Assembly: GCA_050084985.1 (NCBI GenBank)
Contig: JBITNC010000001.1
Span: 13,206,001 to 13,270,000 of the forward strand
Length of the DNA stretch: 64,000 nucleotides
From: Nageia nagi
Lineage: Eukaryota > Plantae > Pinophyta
Direction: 5' to 3'
Shown here: positions 53,721-64,000 of the stretch, piece by piece
Layout: each line of letters starts with the position of its first letter
Position numbering within the stretch: position 1 is the stretch's first letter
The notes under the pieces: model-generated
Database searches by the model: none
Told to the model about the DNA's origin: nothing
The model's input: the letters and a program-made list of their open reading frames with translations, nothing else
Program-made: the position numbers and the translations under genes

Positions 53721-54870
53721 TGGATATCCAATGAGGTACATCATCCATTGAGTATGATTTAATGTCAAAATTATCACTAATTATTGTATTGCCAATTTTC
53801 TTTGAAGTAAATTAAATCTCACTAGCTATATTGATGGCCATCAAGGACCTAGCATTTTATGTCCTATGGTCCCCAAATATTATGCTTTTATGGTTGTAAT
53901 CATACCCATATATTTAATTTTATGTATTTAATGGCATATGATATGAGTGTATGAGATGGGATATGGAGAAGTACCAAGTGGGTCCTTCAAGGATGGGAAG
54001 ATGATAGATAGAAAATGGAGCAATGTAAATTACTTGGCAAGGTCCTGAACATGAAAACTAATTAATTGAGAAAAAATTAAGTCTATAAATGTGTCTAATG
54101 TATCCTCCTATGATTCTATAGCATGTGAATAAATTTATGTACTATGTGGCTCATAAGTCTCTAAAGTGTGAGACATGTCACTATCCCTATTCTATGATGA
54201 AAAATGAGCCTAAACTCATTTTAAGTGCTCTTTCTTAGTTTTTGGATAATTTGGGCAATGAACCTCCATAAATATGTAACTATACTCAAGTATAAAATGC
54301 TAGTTATTTAGAATATGTGTGATCTAAATCATTTGATGCTCATTGATAATATCCATGTGGGTGGAGTGATGCATGTAGTATTTGATTCTCTAATCATAAA
54401 TGCAGTCTAGAAAGACTCATGGGGTAAAATATGGTGAATACTAATAAATCATGTTGAAATTTATAATTTTATACTATCCATTAAACCATATATCATATGT
54501 ATATATCTTGGTTCATGCATTGATATGTAATGTCTAAATCCATAAGAAGATATATTATAAAAAATAATTTTATGCTTGAATCCTTCACAAGTGGTTAGGA
54601 AACCAATTAGGACCCAATACCTCATAATGTGGCATGTAAGAAATAACTCTTTAGGGATATATTTGGGATAAAATGGAGGAATATCATCATATCTCTAGCT
54701 AGATCCAAAATAGGGTAACTCTGATGTAGGGATCTGTAGTCTAAGCTAACGTTTATCCTCCTATCAATATTTTAAGCACCATGATAAGAAATCTAGTAAA
54801 TAATTCTCAAATATGCATATATAATTAATACTTATATATAATATGATACATAGTGTGGGATTTAACTAAG

Positions 54871-57800
54871 TCAAGCATAAAAGGGACAGAGATATGTGGC
54901 ATTAATATGCTTATGCTCTACTTTTCCTTCCATATTTGCTAAGTGATATGCCCTAGACCCAAATTTTATTAGGACCTAACCAATTAGGGGATAATTTATC
55001 ATGTAAATTGAATTCCATGCATGAGGTTTATTGATTTTCTTTCAAAAAAATATCTCCAACATTAAACTCTTGAGGTTTTACTTTCTTTTATCAAAGTATC
55101 TCTTTATACATTATTGGTACACTTAGAAGTGTTCCAAAGCATTACTACAATTTTCATCAAGAAGAAATAATTGGTATAGGAAATATTATTGAGCTACCTC
55201 ATATATTATGTAATCTTTAAGACACATTCTTAGTGAGGGGATTTTAATTTGTATAGGTAAGACTTATTCAACACCATAAACTAAGGAGAAAGGTGTAGCT
55301 TCTGTGGGTGAGATTATGTTGGTACAATAAGCCCAAAATGCTTAAGGGATTTTTGTATGCAAATTACAATGGAAATTAGTCATATTTTTTAGTAAGATTC
55401 TAAAAATTTTCTTATTTGTAGCTTCAACTTGGGCATTGCCTTATGGGTAGTACAAGGTGAAAAGCTTTACTATATATTGTAAGACCTACAAAGATGATCT
55501 ACATATTAGTTTTTGAAGTTATTTCCATTATCAATCACTATTTATGTGAGAATGTCAAATATATATATGATATTATGCTTACTAAACTCATATGTTATTC
55601 CCTTTATTTGTAATAAGGGGAGCAACCTCAACCCGTTCTATAAAGTATTTAGTAGCAATGATTATGAACTTGTGTCCACTAGAGGAAGAGGGATGATATT
55701 ATCAAATAGGGTCTAGCTGCCAATAGGATAAAGGGTAAAGGATTTGCATGGGTTATAAACCTTGAGAAGGATGATGTAAGAATTAATATATTATTATCAT
55801 TTAACACATTTCTTAACATACTTCATGTAATCTTTTTCCATAGTAGGCCAATAATATCATATTCTCATCAAATGTTTTGTGATGGATGGTATACTAAAAT
55901 GAAAAACATAGGTACCATCATATACTGACAAGATTTCTATTTACAAACTTTCCCATTCTAGAAATCTAGGCAACATGCCACCATAAACCCTATGATAAAG
56001 GATATCCCCTAGTATACAAGTAATGGGAAGCTTTTAATTTAAAAGGATTCTTAATCAAAGAGTTTAGTTTATAGGGAATTACTCTATCTCTAATAAACTT
56101 AACTTTGAGCATAGGTTGGGTATCTATACTACTTCAACACTTATCTTAGCATGAAAGAGATCAAAAGGGATAAATGACCCTAAGGATGCCATGAAATCTA
56201 TAAACCTATTAGTTGATCATGAGATGGCCTCAATGTGATAATTATCAAAAATCCATAAGAGGTTATCTAATAATTTCTTATACTTTTGCATATGGATCTA
56301 TTTGCATTGATAAATGCTTTTTACTTAGTTAACTATTAATAGGGAATATCTTATCAATTTTATCTTTCTGAGTTCCATATTTTGAGCAGTCTTGAGGGAT
56401 AATAGTAAGTTGTCATACTTTGTATTATTATTAGTGTAGAAGAAGTTTAACTTGAAGGAAAAAATAATTGTAACTCCCTAAGGAGTGATAAATATAATAA
56501 CAACTCCTCCCTTGATTTCATATCAGTATCCATTAAAATAAATGGTCATATCCCACTCATCTGGGGGGTCAAAGAGGTTTTCTTTTCATCTAATAATAAC
56601 ACATACTCATTGGGGAGTTCTATTTTCAAGGGCTTATGATCATGAAGGAGCCTTATAAATGTGGTTTACAATTATTTATCCTTTTATAGCCTTTTATTTG
56701 ATGAATTGCATATCAAACCTTGTAAGAAACATGATCTAATTGGTTGTTCTAGTGTTATGGTATGTATTATTCATCATATACTTAAGAGGATCAATCTTTT
56801 CTGCAACATAGATGGTGTGTTTAAGCATATAATGATAAATTTATTCATGGAGAAGACTATGGAATGGCAAATATTCTATATATGAACATACCTAGTCTTA
56901 TAATTGATCAAATTATGACTAATGTAGTAAACTACTTATTTCTTGTAGGTTTCATTTTTATTAGGAAATATGGATCCTAGAAAAAATTTTGTTACAAATA
57001 TATAAAGTAAGAAAGGAACCTTAAGTATAGTTGGGATCAAAAATGCTGGTATGGTAAGGTATATCTTAATATCATCAAAGGCCTCTTAACATTCCTTTTT
57101 TCCAATTAAAGGTGACTCCCTTTTTCAATAGTTTTCTAAAAGGTTGAAATTTATCAAATAGTTATGCAATGAACCTTATTATAGCTTTCACATTCTCTTT
57201 CAAAATCCTTAGTTATTTAATATTTAAGATAGGAGGCATATCTATAATGGAATTAATTTTAATAGGATTTACTTTAATGGATCAATAGGAGACATTAACT
57301 CTTAAGAACTTACCAAAAGTGAATCTAAAAACACATTTCTTATGGTTTATTCTAATGTTATGTTCAAAAAACCTATCTAAGACTTTACACAAAATTCTTG
57401 GATGGTCATCTTGTAACTTGGATTTAGCTAATAAATCACCAATGTAATATTACACTATTTTATGCATGTAATCATGGAAGATATAGGTCATGGTGTAGTT
57501 TTAGGTAGCCCCTAAATTTTTTAATCTGAAGGGTATGAATTTATAACAAAAGGTTCAGCATGGTGTGATAAAAGTTATCCTATGTTGATCCTTATTGACA
57601 ACATGTATTTGATTATATCTAGAAAAACCATCCATCAAAGATTACATTTCATGCTTGAACATAACATCTACTAAGGTATATATGTTTGGCAAGGGGAAAT
57701 TATCTTTAGGAAAAGCCTTATTGAGATCTCTAAGGTTTGTACATATGTCTATATTTTCATTAGGCTTATTTATAGGGACCATATTAGATATCTAATTAGA

Positions 57801-58153
57801 GTAATCAATTGATTGGATAAACTTAATAGATAATAATTTTTGAAGTTCCTTTTTAACCATTAGGGAAATGGTAGGATGTATTTTCTAGATCTTTTGCTTA
57901 GCAAGCTTGGCATTTGGTTTTATATCAAGATTATGAACACCTATGTTAGGGTTGATTCCATGCATATATTTTTAAGTCCAAGTAAAATGTTTAACACATT
58001 CCTTAAGGACATAAGTTATTTCTTTTCTTTCTATATTGGTAAAGTTCTTACCTAACTAGATGATTTTAGAATAATTAGGAATATCACTTAAGGCTACATC
58101 AATGGCCTCTTCTATCATCATATGGGATCCCTCTTCTAACTTATTAAAACTAG
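54871..58153 (-). pseudogene. pol: Tat/Ogre-type pol: RT - RH - additional 'archaeal' RNase H - INT with GPY/F
   Basis: CTNLRDLNKAFPKDNFPLPNI, SLMDGFSRYNQI, aRH WDMTIYFNG..GGVVIIFITP.G..FSFKLNFFYTNNNTKY, YYWPTMEKD..YVKKC, KLSPNWLGP..INATYLCPFYA*. Confidence 0.93.
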
Positions 58154-59254
58154 TGTTGATCAGTATAGTGTAACCTTAAAGGTTTGGTTTGGTCGAGTTC
58201 TCCACTATCTGCAATAGTAGGTTCCTTAAGAGAGCAAAAGGTGGTGAGGATGCACTCATGTTGGTTTTCTATTCAATCTTCAGATTATAGGTTGGTTCCT
58301 ATCTATTGTGAAGGTTTAAAGTAATAGGAAAGAGATAAAAAGGTAAATATTTATAAGGAAAATATAAGCAAATTGAAGTCATACTTAAAATAAAAAATGT
58401 TCAACCCGAGCATTGTAGCATAGGAAGCAATCCATAGCTAGGATAAAGAATAGGAAGCTATCTTACCATTGAGGTCTCGCAACCACAATACACAGCCATA
58501 ATTTTAAGAAAACAACTCACACATAACATTCAAAAAATCAATAAATAACCACTTGTTACAAGAGGGAAAAGCATTGTCTATTTTATTATCATATGTGAAA
58601 TTATCTTACAAATCTAGGCAAATTTGTTAAAATGTATGACCACTTTAACTTCTAATAGTTCACCATCTATACATTTTTATCTCCAATTGGGTGGTTTCAT
58701 ATCATTAATATACATAATTTCTCATATTTAATGAAGTAATTGAAGAAAAACTATTCATAATAAATACTACAACTATGTTACATTACACAGTGAATAAGTA
58801 CCAATAGCATGACTATATGGGAATTTATAATTTTTGAATAATTATGTCAATAGAGTGCAATCCTTATAACATATTGTTGATTGATCCTTCTTCATCCTTG
58901 TAGTTGATTAAAGATAGCATTATAGCTAATTGACTAAGTACTTATATACAACTTAATAGGTATGATTTGGTACTGTGCTATGTCAGTAGATATCTACTTC
59001 TCTTCAACTATTGATGATCTATACTATAGATGTGAATGAATAGAGTAATGAGGTTTCATGATCAATATATAAACTTGGTTTGAGAAGAAAATACCATTTT
59101 ATGTGGAAATGAGTTGGAGTTGACACATTAACAGAGCCTCGAGGGTTAAACACTTAAGATCAAGTGGACATGGAAGTTACTTCTTATCCATTACTCTTAC
59201 CTTAGTCTAGCAAGTTCTATTTTCTTTCTTCAGGATTTATTGATGATCTAGCTC

Positions 59255-59626
59255 TTTTCAAATCCACTAATTTTAGCCAAAAATTGTGACATCATTCCTC
59301 AAAATTAGTGGGCTTTATTTTATACCTTCATGAATCATCACCCACCATTACTTATTTTGGAACCCACTGATTTTAGCCATAAACTATGACATCATTGCTC
59401 AAAATTGATGGGATTTATTTGATATCTTTTTGAATCATCACCCACCATTTTTTGTTATTGGGCATGCTAATTATAGCCATAAATTATGTGTCATTACTTA
59501 AAATTGGCAGTCTTTATTTTATATCTTCCTGAATCATCACCCACCATTACTTGTTCTAGGACTTGCTAATTTTAGTCATAAATTATGATGTCATTGCTTA
59601 AAATTGATGGACATTATTTGATATAT
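59255..59626. repeat. About 100-bp tandem repeat, about 3.7 copies, each with an internal inverted repeat
   Basis: CT(A/G)ATT(T/A)TAG(C/T)CA at 59267, 59367, 59467 and 59566. GAATCATCACCCACCATT occurs three times. Confidence 0.92.
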
Positions 59627-59627
59627 T

Positions 59628-59895
59628 GGACTTGTATTTATAATAACTTCTAAACACTTTGTATTTACACAACTCTTGGACACTTTGTATTTACACAACT
59701 CCCAAACACTTTGTATTTACAAAACTCTTGGATACTTTGTATTTACATAACTCTTAGACACTTTGTAGTTACACAACTCTCAGATAGTTTGTATCTATAC
59801 AACTCTTTGACACTTTGTATTTACATGACTATTGGACACTTTGTATTTACACAAATCCTAGACACTTTATATTTACATGACTCTTGGACACTTTG
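59628..59895. repeat. 26-bp minisatellite, about 10 copies
   Basis: Consensus ACACTTTGTATTTACACAACTCTTGG, head to tail with no spacers. Confidence 0.95.
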
Positions 59896-60181
59896 ACAAG
59901 AAATTTACAAGGAAAAATATCTAAGACAAAGACTTGCACATACAATAGTTGGCTATTAATAACACTTAAAACTCTTTAGATTAAGGGCTTATAGAACATT
60001 CAAATTTCATGTTAAAGGGAATAGAATTTGGAATCAAAATAATTTGTGAAAAGAATGAAAAAATAAAATAATAATAGTATTACCCCAACTCAAAGTGCAA
60101 TTCTGAAGGAATATAATCTTCTAACAGCTCTTGGAGTCTCTGCGTACTAAAGAATAGGACCCACTACTTGCTTTTAGTAGC

Positions 60182-63100
60182 CTATTTAGATGTAAATTTG
60201 GTAGGAGTCTCAAGTGATGGAGTCAACTCTACTAGAAGTAATGGGTGCATCTTCTTATTTAAATTCTTAAGATCTTTATAGTCAACTTGTGATAGAATAA
60301 GGGATGCTTGAATCTTTACAATATCTACTTGGAATCCTATTAGAACATTCTCTAGCCTCCAAGCATGCAAGAACCTTGTGATTGCCTTTTGAGTGAGGTC
60401 ATTTATTTATTATAAATATGATATTTGGTTTTTAAAAAAGGATTTCTCAAGGAATTGAATGGTATTGGCTACCAACTGGTAGTACTACCTTGTACATTCT
60501 ATTCTTCCTATAATTTGGAAGCTTTCACCTCAATTAAAGAATTAAATAATTTATTAATGAATCCTAACTCTGTTGTGAGCTAGTGATTACTAATGTCCAT
60601 GTTGAACACCAAATTTTGGATTTCACATATATCTCAGATCCTTCTCAAATACAATTGTCTTAGTCTGGGAGTAATGGTTGATATATCTTTCTTAGTCAAG
60701 ATTCTTAGCCAACTCTACATTTTCTCTAAAACTAACCTTAGTATATCTAGAGCCAACTGATGGAGGATGGTCTATGTGTTGAACTACTTAATTGTTTATA
60801 GTGCCTATTCCTTTAATAGATGTAAGTGTGATAATGTTACCATTCTATCTCCAACTTGCTCTACTAAGGATTTTTTGAAGCCTTTTATGAGCAACAAAAA
60901 TTTTGAATTATCATCAAATAATATTTTGTTAGCTGCTATGATAGTTTTTAACTTGACCTCAACTTGCTTGACCTTTTGAGCATCTATGACTATAGCCTTA
61001 GCTTTAAGATCTTGTATTGTTTGATTTGCACCATCTCGCTCAACCTTTGTTGTTGTCAAGCTCTTCTCAAATTTTGACTTCTACTTATCAAGCTTTGCAA
61101 TTAAATCTTTATTTTTATTCTACAACTCGGCCACTATTTTCTCTTTAAGGGAGTAGTCATTCTTATATTGATCTATTTTTTTGTTTAATTCTTCTATTTT
61201 AGTCTCCATTGCTTAAAGACTTTTATCAACCTCCATTGAAGTATTTACAAGGAATCTAGACTAGTCAATTTTTGGAGCACTCTACATACTTACATTAATT
61301 ATTATCATTGGAGTAGTATCTAGTTATCCTTTTTTGAAAGGCATATACACTATAAAATTAATTGTCTCTTGTCTCTATTACATTTTAATTTAAACTTCTC
61401 AATTGTATGCCATAGCATAAGAGGTTATTAAATAAAAGTTTGCCTAATCATGGATCTACAATTTGTGAGAAAAAATGGATTTTAATTCTCATCTTGGAGT
61501 TTATATGAATTAAACATGGAAGGATAATTTACATTGAGGTATATGTAATGCTTGTTGTGAGGTTTACTACTTTGGAGCATAGATCTTGAATTTCATTCTT
61601 TCTCTACCTCTTCTAGACTATTATCTCATCATATTATTCCCATTAGGTTAGAGTTTCTTTTCCTCTTGATCTTCATCTTTCATCAGCACCATCATCATTC
61701 AATCACCTTTGGGTGTAGCGTATTTGTAGAAAACTAGTTTCAAGTATATTCACTCCAACATGTTGAACTTGCATGCTTCTTTTTCCAAGTTCTTGTTCAT
61801 CAGGACTCTTGTTGAGCACTAGTATCTTATTTTAGTCTTTTTTCCTCTATATAAAATTTCTACCTTTTCTACAATTCCTAAAGTTCTCTATGTTTTTTGG
61901 AAGTGAGTGCAGTCCTTTGTAATCTTGGTTAGTGGATGGTTCTTTACATTTTTTCCTCCTCTGGGTTTCTTATTCTAAGCAAGGTCTTAAATTCCTCCTT
62001 CTCTTTTTTGAGAATACTCTTGAGAAGTGGTATCAATATCTGAGGATCTATCTCCCTTCTTCATGCCTATGAGATGGATAGTTTTCCTTCTACCTGCCTC
62101 TCTTTTAATGTCTCCTTGAAAATTAGGAGAAAGTTGGCCAATTCGACAAAGATCTAGTATATTCACTCAAAACCTATCATATTAAATTTATCAAATAATT
62201 CACCCTCAATGTAATGAATCTTTATTCTATACTAAAATATAAATTTTATGAAATAATAGATTTTATTGGGGCCCCATCCAAAACCTATTAATTGGTTAAG
62301 GAATTCTAGGTTGAGGGTAAAATCTTGCCATTTACTTTCCTAGTTCCTATATTTATTTATCCCCTCAAGGGTCATCCAAGCCTTATTTAGGGGTGTAATT
62401 TCCCATTCATGGTACATTTCTACTTCTTATTGAGTTTTATTTACAAAGTATTCCACATTGGGTCTATACTCATTGGCAAATGCTGGGCATTTCTTGTTTG
62501 ACTTTATTATTTTTGTCATTTCCTTTGAAGGGTAATACATCCATGGAATTTTCACCATATCTAATTTGAAATTTTGTACAAATAATTTTGCAATTCTATC
62601 TTTACAACCTACTTCTAAAAGAGAGAAAGTTTTAGTAGAAGCTAGTATATCTACAATAGATTTAAAACTACCATCGAAACCATACTTGGTCTTATGGAAT
62701 ATAGATAAGGGGTTACATATTTAAGTAAGAAAAAGGGATGTTCAAAAAACCCATACCTCATAATCATGATGTGGTCTTTGAGAAAGTACTAATCACTAAC
62801 TTTGTTTCCTTCATGTAGCTCCTACATTGCACTTTTACACAATTTGTTAGGGAGTCTTCTAGTCAAAATTTGCACTATTGTTGCATAGAATCTATCCATG
62901 AACTCATAGTACAATCCATGCAACTTACTCAAAGTTAGCACTATAAAGTCAATTGGTATTGGTTTGATGTTAGGATTCATTGGTTGAATTAGCAACCCTA
63001 CCTCTATGAGTTTGTCAATATTTTGAAGGGCCAAAAGCTGCCAAAGATTTAAAGAATGTCTGAATTTTGATTTTTCAATTTTAAACACACATATCTTTGT

Positions 63101-63847
63101 TTCATTGGCAATGAAATATAAGAAATCATAGTATATGTGAGCCTTTGTGATATTATAATCCATATGTACCATAGCTTCATTTGCTTCAATCTAGGTTTTC
63201 TTTCCTAGAATAATTGATAGTGCCTACAACACTTCTCTATCCCTCTTCTTTTCAAATAGGGCTATCTCATAACTTGGCCAGAGTCATGTTGCATTGTTCC
63301 CTTGGTATCTCTCATCAATCCATTTTATCATCTCATATTTATTACCATATAATTCATTCTTCTTTCTTTTTAAATCAATTTATATTTTCACATTGAAGGT
63401 CCAATCCATTGGGATAGCAAACGCTTGGAGAATAGAGTCAAGGGAGTAGTCCAGTATTGCTTCAAATTTTAGCTTCAACTCATCTCCCTCTTCTTGGTGC
63501 TTGAACATTCTTATCTGGTAACCTTTCTAGTTATTCCTATGTGCAAGTGAATACAATAGCTCAAGGCACATGAATGATTCATAAGGCACATAATAAGCTA
63601 GGCCTTGGTTGATCATTACATCTCTATTTGAGTTTGCTATTGATTTCCATTTTTTGGAAACTTTAGGTGTCATGTGTTGTAGAAGGATGTGATTAGGATC
63701 AGGCCTCCATGTATCAATGTGATTAATTGCCCCCATCTTAGTCCAATTCACTCCTAGATCATTTTTAAGATATACTTCATGCATGGCTATCAAGTCAATA
63801 TCCACTTGCTCTATTTTAGCAACAGATGAAGATTGAGAGGCCATCAT
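60182..63847 (-). pseudogene. Long decayed extra ORF of unknown function (about 1200 codons) with charged middle and coiled-coil-like C-terminus
   Basis: Colinear minus-strand ORF fragments 63527-63847, 62822-63172, 60805-61059 and 60182-60370 have protein-like composition. No gag, pol or env motif was recognised. Confidence 0.65.
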
Positions 63848-64000
63848 GGTGTCATCACTCTTTTTAGAACCTCTAGTTTACTTTTGAGACTATAATCACA
63901 CTATGCAATGTCCTACAACTCTCTATCTCCTTCTTCTACTCGGCTCTATAATTTGTAAGCTCTAGAAACTCTAAAAATTGGTATGATAAAAAATGGTTGT

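Larger units (their letters stand above)
37869..58153 (-). mobile_element. Large Tat/Ogre-type Ty3/gypsy element (minus strand): 3' LTR about 37869-38852, PPT 38853-38866, long 3' region with antisense PMD gene, pol 54871-58153; 5' part presumably beyond the window
   Basis: Minus strand AAAAGAGAGGAAAA followed by TGTAGACACCTAAAA. Copia-1 coding stops abruptly at 37869 and the pol is Tat-type. Joining the LTR, PMD and pol into one element is an inference from order and orientation. Confidence 0.72.
58154..64000 (-). mobile_element. 3' end of another LTR retrotransposon (probably Ty3/gypsy) inserted just upstream of the Tat RT: extra ORF, tandem arrays and 3' LTR 58154-59133
   Basis: Minus-strand LTR TGTTAAT...ATCAACA (980 bp) abuts the break in pol homology. 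The PPT is decayed or unclear, and only one LTR is in the window. Confidence 0.65.

Noticed and set aside
59628-59895. 26-bp repeats as a CRISPR array
   Set aside because: Units are head to tail with no unique spacers, there are no cas genes, and the context is a eukaryotic TE.
60182-63847. Extra ORF as an env gene or endogenous caulimovirus
   Set aside because: No clear signal peptide or transmembrane segment, and no movement-protein, coat-protein or caulimoviral RT motifs seen.

Overview
AT-rich plant nuclear DNA, most likely from a large-genome gymnosperm (inferred from the retrotransposon lineages and the near-total loss of CpG). One host gene is partly present: the long terminal exon (1083-2765, +) of an At1g76660/At5g52430-like Pro/Ser-rich protein, whose exon 1 lies upstream of the window. 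Two related TIR/MITE-like elements follow at 4.5-5.85 kb. Nearly everything from about 6 kb onward is decayed, nested LTR retrotransposons, resolved here from LTR termini, PBS/PPT and target-site duplications. A Ty1/copia element carries CRM-type chromovirus CRM-1 (15127-36226, TSD TCCTT). CRM-1 carries a second copia (about 19882-34083), which in turn carries an 8.2-kb pol-less Tat-like element (21735-29958, TSD GTAAT/GTAAC). A solo LTR sits inside CRM-1's 3' LTR. The same outer copia is interrupted at 37869 by a large minus-strand Tat/Ogre-type element (RT-RH-aRH-INT). That element holds CRM-2, a third copia, and a further LTR element with a roughly 3.7-kb unexplained extra ORF and tandem arrays. 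The main observations: (1) both Tat-lineage elements carry an antisense Plant Mobile Domain (PMD/MAIN-MAIL-like) gene, clearly intron-containing in the gag-only element, which has a tRNA-Trp-type PBS; (2) a CpG-rich 16-bp palindrome recurs in pairs about 30-32 bp apart in both CRM-1 LTRs and in two pol linkers. All TE coding regions are pseudogenised. Translations and coordinates were read by eye, so boundaries marked approximate may be off by tens of bases.
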